Of a DNA stretch of 64,000 nt, positions 1-13,858 are shown piece by piece. Position 1 is the first letter of the stretch; each line of letters opens with the position of its first letter. The stretch is from Ascidiella aspersa (taxonomy: Eukaryota). A model generated the notes under the pieces. That model had not been told where the DNA came from. It worked only from the letters and a program-made list of their open reading frames with translations, and made no database searches. The translations under genes and the position numbers were made by a program. The stretch is from the NCBI GenBank assembly GCA_963924565.1, contig OZ004607.1:9486001-9550000 (forward strand). Reading direction: 5' to 3'.

Positions 1-1926
1 GTACGCGAAAACCTGAAGCTGGAGAAAAAATAGAAGGTTTGGGGTTTTCTTCTGCCTGGTGTTTTTGGTGGTTCGAGGAACCAGTTGGCGAATTGCTGCG
101 AGTTAACGAACTTGTGTCAGCGGAAAGGGTTGTTTTGCTGTCCGTGTGCTATATTTAGACGGATGTTCGGTCAGATTCAAAGTTTGTGACTACGATTTTC
201 GGAACACGAGGTTTTGGTTAATTGCATGATAGAAATTTTAGGAAGAGAAATCTTAACAAAATACATTGCGTCCTTCAGCAAAAAATTAGATTTGAGCACT
301 GAAACATAGTCTCCTGTCAAGATTGACTTTTAAAAAAATTGTTTATTTTATATAAAAAAAATAGCAGGTCAGTAAAGAATTTCACTCTTCCGTAATTAGA
401 TTGGCATTAGAAACAGCAAATTTGATCGAGTACTGCTAAGCTCAGTGTAGCGGGTGCGATTTTCGTCATTTCGATTGAAACAAATATCGTCTTTGTGTAT
501 CACAAGTTGTGTAACTTTTAAACTACACTCGCGCACCTGTATTTTTACCTGACGCGTGAAGAAAAATAACTTACGAAAGCCGATATTGTAGCTTGGGGGG
601 CGGTCGTCAAGGTCAAGTTTGTATTTCCCGCTGTTAAAAGGGTTTCTATTGTACAAGTAGCTTTCGCGCCGGAACCTATTGGTTTCACGCCTTGCGCTCC
701 TCTATCTTCATACCTGTGCAAGTTTAAGCTGCAGGGCTTAAGGTGCCATTGACGTTTACAGTGGAACGCGAACCGTTTTATTTTCGCCTCGTTTAATCGG
801 GCGTAACGCGATGATGTAATGTCTTCTGCATCCGTGCTGTCCTGGGCTTGTAGAACTTGTGTCTTGTAAGAGGCTACAAAAGCAATTTGGCGATATACGG
901 ATGTTTTTTTGCGTTTTTACCATCAGTGACCCAATTTAGACACTAATAATTGAGCAGATCGTGCAAATAAGAGTTTAAACTAAATATCGCGTGTGTTTTC
1001 CATTGTAGTTTGTGGCTTACGCTTGCAAAACGTCAAAACGTAACACAATGGTTTGTAAGGCAATAAGACCAATATATCGGTTTGAACAACAAAATCAACC
1101 CTATTCGCCATATTAACACAGTACAAATAATAAAATAGTCTCCAAGTCCCAAAATACGGTCTACAGTCGAGAGCCCCCCTGCACTGAAAGCCACAAAACT
1201 TTGACCGCATTGCATTTGGTTTGAGCTTGTGTGACTGTAATCGACACTGGCCGTTGTTTTTGTTCGAGTGGAGGCCCCTCAATTAAGATTGAGTAGCTCT
1301 CTGTTGAATGTGTTGTTATTTGGCGAAAATCCTCGGGAGATGCGTGACGTTATCACGTAGATTGCGAAAAGGACACCCGGAAAAATATTTTTTTAAATAT
1401 ATTTTTTTAGATCAAAAATTCAAATACCGTTATAAAAATAATTTTTTTGAATTAAAGTTATTGTGATTCCGATCCCACATTTAATCCTTAAGAAAATAAA
1501 AAACACGTGTACTTAATGCACTTAATTTTCTTGTCTAAGATTTTAATTCTTAAAAAAAACACATTTTAGCTGCTCTGTCGTTGCCAATAAGAGAAAATGT
1601 TGTTTTACGTTGAGGGTTTAGCACCCCAGGTTGCGACCCATTGTATAGAATTACCCCATGAAGTACTTTGCAATGTGCAGTAGGAATTTGCATCCCACCG
1701 ACGATTGGTATTTTGCGACTTGACTGCTAGTCATGCGTTAGTAAGGTCTCGTTAGTTGTAAAGCGCTGGGTGCATATCACGGGCGAGGTATGGCGCGATG
1801 TAGGCCTTTTACAATTATCGCCCTCTTGCGATTCTGTGTATATGCCTTGATAATAATGAACCGTTATCTTTTATAAACGCCCCTTTTTTTTACAAAAAGC
1901 AGTGAAAAAAAATCGATTCGACAATA

Positions 1927-2256
1927 CAAAAGCGACCAAATTTCGGCGGCAAAAAGTGCAAACCTTTAAAAAAAACGGCCTCTCTTTAAAGCAACAAGAC
2001 CTAATAACAGCATGTACGACAGGGGGCGCGTTGATGTGCGTACTGGCTGTTGTTTAACAGTTATCTATTTATATTGAATTTTTTTTCGAGGTGATTATTT
2101 ACATTAGCTTAACAAAAGCCTTAAAATCGTATTTGGCAACGCAAAAGCGACCAAGTCTCGGCAACGAAAAGTCCAAACACCTAAAAAACGGCCTCTCTCT
2201 AAAGCAACGAGACCTAATAACAGCATGTACGACAGGGGGGCGCGTTTGATGTGCGT
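1927..2256. repeat. Local ~115-bp direct duplication (1927-2041 and 2142-2256)
   Basis: caaaagcgaccaa...aaacggcctctct.taaagcaac.agacctaataacagcatgtacgacaggggg.cgcg.ttgatgtgcgt occurs twice. Confidence 0.85.
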
Positions 2257-5200
2257 CGTTACCTCACAAAAACCGCTCGCTGCTTGACGCTTCGCGCCGC
2301 TGAATAGAAATCTCCCTCGCAAAGCGTCGCCTCACAAACACCCAGCGCCAACGTAGCGTGTCTGGCGGAAACGGGGTGCCGCTGCCTTGTGTTCCATGTA
2401 AGCCCCAGACAATGGTCCCCAGCGCCCCACCCCGCGTTTGATGTGACCCCTCGCGAACCCCGTCGTACGACCCCTGGAGAGATTAAACACGGGCGATTTT
2501 GTTGCCCAAAAAGTCAAAAAAAATTATTTTTGTTTGCGATTTAATTTGCGCCCCCTATTTTTGGTAATTCGGTCTAATTTTTTTTTTTTAATTTTGGTTG
2601 TCCATACCAAATTACAAGATTTTGTTTCAAACTTGGTATTTCAGTCTTTCCTCTAAATTCGTAAATATTTCTTATAGCCTTCTCTTTATTTAAGTAAATT
2701 GAATGTTTATTTCTCTCCAGTCTAGTAAATATGTTGTAATTTTGTCCAATGTATCTAGATAGAGCATTTTAAACAACAGCTTTCGTATGCTTGTCTTATA
2801 CACGATAGCTGAACATACTTTCGCTTTATTTAAGTCAAAATCGATTTTTATTCGTCGCGTCTTTTTATTCGAAGACCTATTTTAGTCAAATACCGTTCAG
2901 TAGTATCATATTCTCGCGTTTTGAACTCCAGAGCTCAACAGAGAAGCTGGAATTGCTGAAACCTCGTTCCAGTTGCTACGTTTTCAAATGGGTATGAAAA
3001 GTTACTGTAATTGCGCCACGGTTCGGCACACTTTTTTAGCAAGGAAACTGCGGCAATAGTGAAATATTTTTAGGCAAAACGAAATGACTTGACCACTTCA
3101 ACTATTTAAGGTGTAAAAAAGGTGCTAAAACTGGTTAAAAATTACAGCGCGACGGTTCAAGGAGTCAAGTGATCGCAATATGTTAAAGAAATGCAGCTGT
3201 AGTTGCGAAAACTCTCAAAAATTTTAGCTTTTTGCCGCAGCTCGTTTGATCTCGTAGTCGCCTGGTAAGCGCAGAAGTCTGTTCATCAGCTACCAGCGGC
3301 GCAAAAGTAGAAAGGTGCCCTTGTTGCGCCATTAGGGCCACGTAGAACGCGCCTTGCTATCGCCCTGGGGTGCGTGAAGTAAAACTGCTGCCGCTGATGG
3401 TAATGATCTTGACAGTGGTAATGACGCTGTACTTGAGCAACCTGGGTTAGTTGCTGCTTCATAGCGCTGCTGCGTTTTGTTAGCTTGGCGACTTAAAGAT
3501 CTACAGGATTGCCTTTTGCCGTTTTCCTATACTGCCGAAGACTTAGATTTTTTGTGTTGGTCTAGTTTTGCAAGTAAGTTGAATTAGGACAAGCTTTTGT
3601 TGAATTTTTTTGGTATTTTGATCAAACAGTTTGCTTTAGGATTAGGCAGAAACTTTAGGCCTCACTGTTTGCATGGGATCACTAGAAATACCAAGTTGAA
3701 TTTTATTCTCAGTTATGTTTAAAATGCACCCGTGATTTCAATATAAAATGTTGGATTTTTCAAGTTCAAAACCTGACATTAAACGGAAATTAAGTTGGCA
3801 TTTTGGTAGGCTTGTCAGTTAAACGAGTACATTATAGTTCAAAATAGGTTTGTAGATCAACTGACCGTTTCAGTAAACCGCATCTTGTGGTTAAACTTTC
3901 ATATGTCACTAAATAGCATAATAGTTTATGCAGATGCACTTGCCCGTTTCTATCATGTCCATACATACCGAACTATCACGAGCCTTCTTGAAGGCTATGG
4001 CGAGGTCATTGTGGCGTTTTAATGCGCAAAAAGGTTTCATTTAAGTTGTAATGCTGAATGCTGTTGCTAGTTTTGATTGAACGCTGCTACATCAATTGTA
4101 AGAGTAATAGAAGTTTTGTAATCTTGGTTGTCGCATCCATGCCGCGTCTCTATCGTCAAAGTAAGTGAACAATTCTTCTTTATCTCGAAAAAGGTGTACA
4201 ACAAAAGTCTCGTCAGCATTTCATATTCGATCTTCTATTTTTGTTTGTCGTAAAATGCTTTCGGAAAGGTTCGTGACCTGCATTGGCAATAACGCCTGGT
4301 CGAATTGCACTTAAATGCATTAGATGGTTGATAGGCGCCAGTCGCTAATTGTTTGTTTGGTTTCAAACGTTGCACAGATAATGAGCTGCCAGTGCTGAAT
4401 CCACTGTCGTTTTGAGTGATGGTTTAAGCCGGGTACAGTTGCACCTTAATTTTTTACCCACAACCATGCAAAAAATCACTAAGTTTTGTCCTTTTATGTA
4501 GAGAAAATGTTAACCATTTATTCCCTTTGTCCCAAAAAATAAAATCTTATATTTTTTGCATGTTTGGAAGATAAATAAATAAAATAAATGATTTTAAAGA
4601 TAAAGAAAGAACTTTGAAGCTTTTTGAAAAATCCTAAACATCGGTTTAATTTTGTTGGCAACTTTTTTAGGCATGGAGTCCCTCAGTCTGTGTAGGCCCG
4701 GATACCTTCACCCGTGTAGGTCCGAGTGGTGTAATTTAATCAGTCTTAGCGCCTTCTGTCGTTTAGCTTCCAAGGCAACTTTTGCTTTCCTCCACGAGGC
4801 ACCTGTGTTGTTATAAACGGTTAAACGGATAGCGGCGCCGTCAAGTCAAAACATTCGTCAGTAAAATTCGGGATGTGTCATACCCGCCGTATCTCAGACC
4901 TCGATCTGTTTTATCCACGTTCATTTAACGGAGATTTTCTCCTGAAAAAATAGTTGTCAGATTTCGGGCGAGTATCAGTCTTATGAAACGTTTTATTTTT
5001 TAAGTCATTTCAGTTGTTTAATTAATTATTAGGTGATTGTAAGTGTAGTTAAAAAATTATAGTTAAAAAAATCGAAAAAAAATCAGTAAATCCATTAGGT
5101 TATTATTTAGAAATTTTTAAAAGTCAAGATGATATATTGACTTAAGTACGAGTAAACTAACTTACAAACAGATACACGTCATTTAAAAAGTGGTCATTTA

Positions 5201-8053
5201 AACAGTCTTTCTCTTGAAAAAGTGCAGTTTCTATTGCAAGGAGTCTTCAAGATACAACAAAATTAACTAACAGGCATAAAATGCCAACCTTGGATAAATA
5301 TGTCGCGTGAAAAATGCCATTTAAACTGGCTTACCACCAGGCAAAAATACCGCAACCTACTTTGTAAGTAATCTCCAAGAAAGACAACAACAACACTGTC
5401 CGGCGAGGCTGGGAGATGCCAACAGTTCTTACAGAAGAAATCCCGCCTACACCGACATACAGTGTACCGGGACCAGCCAACTCGTGGAACGTAAAGGATT
5501 GTGACGACCTTAAAACCTCGTCACGCCTCAAATTCGAGGATTACTGTTAGTTAGAGTCGTAATCGCCCGGTCGCTAAATGGCCGCGCCGACCGCTGGCCG
5601 CCCATTTGTTTAAAAATCAGCTCGTGCTTGTCATTGTCGGTGTACCTCCTGTTGTAAGAAGCAGGTCATATTTTAGTATTTGAGTTTTGACTGCAGAAAA
5701 CATAGCAAACAATCGTCAGACAGATTTAGGAATATAGCAAACTGAGGTATTCTTTCTATGAGATTTTTATCTCACAATATTCAATCTATTAATTTTTAAT
5801 ATGATTCATAATCTTTTGGCGAAAGTTAATTAATAATAAATATCTTTAAAATGATCCCAGACCACCCAGAAAAATATTTTCGTTTTTGTAGTTATTTACT
5901 TGGAAGACGGGGAAATGTATTTAAAAAAACATTCAATTTGCGAAAAATGTGATCATTAAATTTTCGATTTTTTTGTGTGTTTTGCCTGTTTATGACTTTT
6001 TCTAAGAGTCGAAAGAATCGAAGTCTTCGGCTGTTTTTGTCAGTTTTAAGCGTTTTTTAGACAGATTGTGGCAGCGGTTTTATAAGCAGATGTATGGTTG
6101 CTGATTTAGCTGTGCGCTTATAGCGTCTTGCTTCCCTGGGGCAAATAAGATCGGTTATTTTTGAAAATGTGTGTATGTGTTTACTTTAGGCACGTGAGAC
6201 TAGGAAAACATACCCTTATTTAGCTTGGAATTAACGCCGTTTGTTTTTACAGCTTCTAATTTTTATTACAACCTACTGCGCTAAGAATTTTTATTTCAGT
6301 ATACTTTATGCAAAAGCGCTGTACTTTGTTTATGGCACTTGATGCAAAATAACAGTTTTCTAGTAAAGTTTAAACTTGCCAGGTCAATTTTTGGGATAAT
6401 TTATGACGGAAAGTGTTGCGTTACTTACCCTACAAGTAGGTCTGTATAAAAATTATATATTTACTCAGGATAGTGTTTGCGACGATAAAACTCTTGTAGG
6501 TTTAGGCCAAATTTAATTCCAGCATTCACTGCTGTTTGCAAATCTTAACCGCAACATTTACATTTAAAATAAACTGCTGATTCTAAGCATTCGCCTTTGT
6601 CAAACAAAAAAGTGTCCGTAAGGAGCCGGCACCGTTACACGTGCAACGTACTTCTGGCATTGACGCAAACGCCCGGCCAACTTTCACATCGTTTTAATTT
6701 CCGCTTTCGCTACACAAAAGATTGGGAGTCGCCCGCATTATACCGACGGGCGTAACTTTGTTTGCTGAGCCGTTCCCGAAATCAAATCGAGTTTTTTGTT
6801 ACGTCTGTTACTTTGTACTATTTTGCGCTTCGGGTTAAGGACCAAAAATTTACAACCTTTTAGCTCTTTCCAGCTTAGTATGAGTGACCGCTTCTAATTG
6901 GCTAATTTGTTTCATATACAAATTGTGAATTTCCTTAGTGTTTAATAGCGGTGTAAAGTTTGCCCGAAAAATTGGACGAAAAAAGGGAGCCGGCTGCTTT
7001 CGAAGTAGCCTCGTAAACTGGCTTTTGCGCCTTTCTTTGTGCGGTTGAATCGTCGTGAAAAGACGTCGAACGATATTTGCTCATTTGCCGCGCTCGCGTT
7101 TGTCACGTCACACTCGCAACGTGCCGCAAGTCGATCCGTTAAGGTTTTTTGCTTGATTTTTTGTTAGCCCAGTTTTTTGGTAAAAAGCCTTGAAACTTAG
7201 TTTTCGCTTCCGTTTTCAAATGTGGTTGTTCTCAATCGCCGTCAGCCTATCGGTCAAAAAAGCTTTTAAATCTCTTTCGGACGATCTATTATAATTAAAG
7301 AGACTGATTATATAGCATAATGGCGCATCCTGCCGTTACACACACTCGACGACTGTGTAGGTTTCTGTGCAGTTTATGAATTCAAAGCTGTTTATCAGAA
7401 ATCAAAATCAAGCTCTTTTTTAATCGAGGTTTATATTCTTTGAAAAAGTTAAAAGTTCATCTTGAAAAGAAAAATAGTGAGAAGCTTTGTTACTAGAAAT
7501 CTGCCTATTTTAGGCAGAGTTTAGGAAATATAAGAAAATGTTACATCGGTCAAAATTAAAGGGGTTCATTCTAAACCGCACTATTCTTTGATTCTGTATA
7601 TACCTGAAATTAAATTCCTAAATTTATTTCCGATCTGCCGATTTATAACCATTCGATCATCGCGGTGACCGCTCCAATTTGCAAGCCGTCATGTTTCCAA
7701 TTAACTTTCGTCGTTTTCGCGTCATCAACAAACGCCCCCATTGTGACGTGTGCAGCGGCGCGCGATCGTTGGCGGGCGTCGACGCCGAATCGCAATGCGA
7801 CAATTAACGGATTTCCTGTTGTAAAACTTCTCTCTGGTCGCTTTTGGCCGGTGTGCTTCTCCTTTCGCTACTACCGATGTGTGCGAGATATTGCGAACCG
7901 CGTTCGGTTGGTTTATTTGACAAAGCTCGCCTTTTTAAGGCTCTGTGGTGCAAAATTGGACAGGAAATAGAGTTTTGTAAGGGAAACTGTTTTTTTTTTT
8001 TTTTTTCTTCAAACTAGCCAACTTTGGCAAACACAAGGTACGAAAAAGTGGCG

Positions 8054-8086
8054 ATGGAAGTGATTAAGCTTAAGGAAAGTAACCAG
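8054..8086 (+). CDS. Possible distal alternative first coding exon (MEVIKLKESNQ)
   Basis: Long poly-T tract with an AG at 8016-8017, gcgATGG start context, CAG|GTAAAC phase-0 donor. No homology support. Confidence 0.25.
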
Positions 8087-11000
8087 GTAAACTCGCAATA
8101 GTGTCGGCTGTTTTTCAGCAACTGGTTTATGTCAGCTGTCTATAGCGTTTCAAAATATTTGAGTTTGGAAGAAGAAACTCATCTACATTTTACCCTTATA
8201 TCAGTGATTATAGAACCGGGTCAGTTGTAAAAAACAAAAGTAAAGGCTTTAAAATTGCAGAAGACAAAGCTACAGATATATTTTGCCTGTTCAGCTTGAA
8301 CAGCATCTAAAAGTGAAAATGCCAACGGGCGTGAGTTCGACTCTCACTTACACTCCAGTTTCAGACAAAGGATCAGAAAGCAAATATATCAACGGACGTG
8401 AGTGGGATTTTGCATTTTGATGCAGTTTATTTGTCTGGTTGCTATAATTTGATGGATTGTCTATACATGTGAAAGCAAAATAGTTCCCCTGTCGACCCAA
8501 CAAAAGGCAGCTTTGCCATAAAACAGCTTCTTCTCCACACCCGACCTCGGGACTTTCCGCTAACAAGTAGCCGCTAACTAATTCCAGGCGTTCTATCGTC
8601 TAGTGGCGTTCCCTCGCCAAAAGGTTCGTCGAGTGATTGCTGGATTTCTCCGACATTCACTGTCTAGCATTCTAGCGGTTGTCGCAACAGGCAGTGCAAG
8701 TGTTATAAAGATTCGATGCTCTAGTGTTATGAGAGTATCCCTGCTTTTCGTGAGATGTTGTTCTTTGTACTCGTTTGTTTTTGCAGCTTTTTAGACAACT
8801 GCTTTCCGCAAAGTGGATAAGTTTATTCTATAATATTTCAAATGGTTTAATAAAGAACAGCTCGCCGTTTTTCGAATTAGTGTATGCAGGCTTTAGCTTT
8901 AATCTCTAAGTTTTTTTATTAAGATAAATTTAAGTGCTGTTTATTTATTTAAAAAAAGTTGTGTTAGCAATAGGGCAAAACAATTTGCAACAGAAAATGG
9001 AAATTTAAATATTATTCCCTAAAGCTTTTTGTTCGTTTTTTTATTGATATTTATATATTCATATTTTTATTAATGATATCGCCTCGTGTGTTTTTAAACG
9101 AGGCCTTAAAACCTTAGTGGTTAATTAATTATGGATTAGCAACTATGTTTGGTCGTAAAAGTTTACCAACGCCATCTAGCCACAACGATAACTTGTCTCG
9201 GCTGATATCGCCTGAAAAATCGCAAAGTGGCCGAATGCGCCAACCACGAACAGAAATGTATCCGCATTTAGGCTCCTCCATCTTTCACTTCGAATTACGT
9301 TGCGCTTTGCCAGAAAAGCTCGCGTGTCAGAGCGTGGGAAAATTCAGCCCGCCGAACTTTTGACAGAGCTCTCTACCGATAAGCAAATATATATTGACGT
9401 ATGATGATATCGTGATTTGCGAAAATATCGCCCGGATCGCTCGGCACTTTAGTTTTTGCGGCTGTTGAATTGCCAAGAATCAGTCACGACTTCGATAAAA
9501 TGGGATTTGTATGATTTATGTGGCTTTCAGAAATTGGATACCTCAATTTAAGTGCAGTTCAAATGCAAAAAGCCTTATATCCATCTATCCCTTTTTGGTT
9601 GGTTTATGATAGGTTTTTACCTTTCACCCTTTTTGATCGTGGTCAGCTGAATTTTTGGCTATAAGGTTCACGATTACTCAATTCGTTTTGTTTTCTGTGT
9701 CTGTGACGTAACCGTGATGTAATGGTTATGATGATTACGAAAAAGAATCCGAAACGCAAATAGTAAGTCCCTTATTTATCGCAACTATACGCTAATTTAG
9801 CGCCGGGCCCGGGATATTTAAACGAAAGCGTAATGCAAGTGCTATTTAATTATATTTGGGAATGGGCGTGCGTCAGACGATGCATTGTAGAAAAGTTAGT
9901 TTGAAGCCGAAGAAACGTAGCAATATATATATTGGGTCAGAATGGCTTTCGCGCAATTTGCATATGCGGCGGTTTGTTTGGAATGTCAGGCTTCGTAAAA
10001 ACTGACTAACTCTGTTAACTTGCTATATATTTAAAACCTAAAAGATTTTTTGTACTATAGGGTTCATACACATAAGTAAATAGAATCTGGTTGTTTTGCT
10101 TTTTCCAAAGGGTAAATCACAGATTATTTCCTGCTACCAAAAAAGCGCGTCCAATAAATGCGCAAACGTTAAAAAAGCTTACGATTGCGAATACATGCCA
10201 AATCTTGTTTTTTCTCGCCTGAAAAGGCTCAATCGATATGTGAAAGCCTCACGACGTGCCCCGACGGTGTGGTCAACGATTAACCAGCAAGCTGCTCGTT
10301 GAACGGACGAAAATATTTTGTCAAGGGGTCGATTTATTGTGGAGCTCAAAGGAACTGTGTGCACATTACACTTGTCACGGGTTTAGTTCTGCAAATATTA
10401 GACAATACTCACCGAAACGGGCAAATAAAAAGTAATACGAAAGATAAACCATTTGTGCGCCTATGAATTGCTATTACCTGGCTTATCTCCAGCTATTCTG
10501 AACTGCAATACGCACCACCTTTTGGGGGCGATTTTGCGGCTAAAACCAGGATCCTTTAGTTTTATTTCTATTCTTTTTAACATTTTCATTAACCCAGTTT
10601 TTGACATAACTGATAGGAACACCTGCTGCTTATATTTCAACCCTATTTTCGTACCATTTACGCCCCTTGAAAAATACAACGTCAAAACGCCATGAAAATA
10701 TCCACTGATTTTTAAGTGGTAATGCACATTGGATTTAAAATTTCCTCCAAAACGTGATTTGCAAGCAGTCTGGCTCTAATGAACAAACTAATCAATGGGT
10801 AGAAATACCACAGAAGCAAGTCTTTAACAAAGAAATGCGCTATTCGAACATATCTTGTAAATCGAGCTTTGAAAGGTCCAACAGTAGACGCATTTTTTGC
10901 CTTTTTTTGCAAACCAGTCGAAGCAGTCGTGGCACCAACAGTTGACTCTTCCAAGTCGCGATTGCCTGGGATATGTTTGCACGCGACCGCTGTATTCCCG

Positions 11001-13516
11001 CTTTATTGCCAATCTGACGAGTTACCCTTGGTTTAATGCGAGCCACGGATTGGCCTTTGTCTTGTACGAGGAGCAATGAATCCAATCAGTCGATCGACAA
11101 TTCTAGGGTTGTCACAACACCAGCTTGACACTGTAGAGAGCATTATAAAGGCTGTATTTTGAGTACAAATATAAGAGAAAATTTAAAAACGATAAGCTAC
11201 TGCTAAATCTAATTTTTGTGGTAATTATTGAGCTAGGAACGCTGTTCGAAATGTGCTGTTTGCCCGCTTAAGGCCCCAGTTGCGAGGCTCCAGACTTTCG
11301 AATGACTTGACAGGCGCCTCTGTCGAGTCACAAGTGCCATTGTCATAGGTCGCGTGTGATTGGGCCTCGCATTTTTCGCCTAATTTGAACGACGCTTTGG
11401 GCGAGAGTTGGCCGCGTTTTGTCCTTCACTTTGGAGCACCGCTCTTCTGCTAATTGCGGTTGTTTGGAAGCCAAATGCGCTTGTGGAGATGATGCACATT
11501 TTAAATTGAGTATAAAACCGCCTTGTTCTGATCTAAAAATGTTTGTTTGAGAAATGTAACCGTCATTTTTCGGCCGCACTTTAACTTTAGCATTTTATTA
11601 TTTGTCCGAAAATAGAGTATTTTCGGCACTAAGCGATTTTTATGTATTTTACAGGAAAGTCACGTTTAGCCGCCGCATTATTTCGCAATTAACACAAAGT
11701 CAGTGATATCTTGAGAAAATTTAGTGCTGAAAATTTGCCTTTTCATTATTTCAATTCGCTCAATCATCGAGGAAGCTCAAGTCAGATTTAATCAACGCCC
11801 AGTTATGCACGTTTACTTGCGTAACCCAAGTCCGGTCCGATTCCGCTTGCTATTTCTGCACAGAGCGACCCGTATAAGGGGGCTTAGCGCCATTAATCAA
11901 AGTCGAGGTGTATTGCCATGTGAGCCAGGGTGAGCACGAAATACTGCAATCAATACAAGTCCCAGATTCGCACGACCGAACGCCAAAGCCTTATAAGTGA
12001 TTTTAACTTCGCGCATAAGTTGAAAATAGCTCTTGATGGTCGAAATGTGTTTGATAAGCGATAAAAATAGCGTTTTGATCACACCGCGATGGCGTGATGA
12101 GGATTGTGGAACAGCCAAGGCCGCATTTTGTAAAAACAGTTGTCAGTATTTTATATTTGCAGTGTTTGCCTTTGAAAATTGTGACACCTAGGAGACCCAA
12201 CATGGTTTTGACTATTTTAAAAAGTGGTATTTGGATTTGACCCTTAAAGGGTGTTTGACTTTTCACTATATTCGTTTTTTGTCCATTAAACATAGAACTT
12301 GGTATGCAATTCACCTGTGCAATCGATTGTTACAATCATTTTAAAACAATATGGATAAAATCAACTACTGCATGATTCCGCATTCCTCTTATATATTAGC
12401 CAACGTTAACACAAGTCAATTTGGGCTAAATGGCTTCGTTAGACGAGGTGGTACACGGCCAGAAAAGTCGAAGCCCCTATTGATTTACTACGTTCCGAAA
12501 ATAACACTCGCCGAAAAAAGTCGCCGAGCTACGGTAGTGCTAGGGAAAATGCAAGTGTGTATGCCGCAAAGAACACGCTGGAACTTTAAGCGTCGATTGA
12601 TAACCCAGTTGTCATTGTGCCGCCCGCACTTCCCGCAGTTGCCGCAATCGGCACATGACGTAATGCCGCTGACGTAATGTGTACTCGACCGTGCGCCGCC
12701 GCCGCCCTCCCCTGACGTAATGTGTTTGACTTTCGGGCCATTACATTCCTGGCTTGTCTCTCGTGCATTGTGTTTTGTGTGTGTGTGTTTGTTCGTGTGA
12801 GTTATTCGTGCGTCTCGCGCGGAAATAAAAATCAGCTCGCTTTGCATTCGAGAAGCTTTTGCGAGAGACCCTTGCTGTGTGCTATAGTTATATTTAACAG
12901 CTGAAATAACAGATAAACGCGTTTTGCCGTCAATGCAGGCTGGCTGCTTATTATATTGTTACTCAAGTATCAAACTACGGAGTTTGTGCAACAAGGTGCA
13001 GTTAAGTATTAGATAAATCGGATCCAACATAGAGCTGAAGTCTTGTGTGAAATCGATGTGCATTTCATCACATCGTGGCTTTTTCCTTGGCGAAGAGCAT
13101 GAGCCTTGTTTGTATTTGTCCCGTGTTACGCCAGAACATAATAAACAAAGGAGAAAAGGATTTGTTTTGTTGATTGGGATTTTCTAGGAAAGATTGTTTG
13201 TTGGATTTTACCCGCCTGAAGGTAAAACGCTACTTTCTATTGGAAAAGGAAAACAAACTACAGAACGAAGCAGTCCTTCGTGTTTGTTTTGGCACGGAAC
13301 TTGTAAAAATTGCAGAATGGGTGTTCCGTTGTGTGTTGCAAAAAAACGACAAGCGTTTGTTTTGTAACGAGGTTCGTAATTTGTTTAACTAAACTTTTTC
13401 TTAAAATTATGCAATCAGTGCTTGCATTTAGCAAAGATTTTATCCTCAAGGATACCAAAAGTTTAGTTTGAATCACAGTAGTAACGTAACCGATGCTTTT
13501 AGCGGTGTACATTTGA

Positions 13517-13858
13517 TAGGGATGTCTAATACTTAACATTTTATTCGGATATCGATGCTCTATATTTTGCACATAAGTATCGCTAACCGATGCGATACCA
13601 ATAACGTCAGTCCTGTGATTAAACAGGTAAAATAGATAAACATGAAGAAATGGGTATTTTTTCAGGCTTTTAAACCTTAATTTGCTTTGGGGTTAAAAAG
13701 TTTAGTTACCTCCAATTACTATTTTTTGAAAAATGTATCTTTTATTTTGAAACCTCGGCGTTTCATCACTAATCTTGGCTGAAGTTACTTATATTAATTT
13801 GGCATCTGATCGGCACCGATACCCCCTAGTATCAGGCGATTACCGATACTAACACTAG
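13517..13858. mobile_element. Degenerate MITE-like element with repeated gtatcg/cgatac motifs
   Basis: Starts with tagggatg, carries multiple ccgatac/gtatcg subterminal motifs, and ends near aacacta. Confidence 0.35.

Noticed and set aside
9715-9770. Exon-like segment GYDDYEKESETQI followed by GTAAGT
   Set aside because: There is an in-frame TGA just upstream and no suitable acceptor or ATG in that frame.
12488-12847. Minus-strand ORF with CADCGNCGKCGRH as a possible zinc finger or C1 domain
   Set aside because: It is on the wrong strand for the RhoGEF, the spacing does not fit C1, and it arises from a GC-rich motif cluster and GT microsatellite-like sequence.
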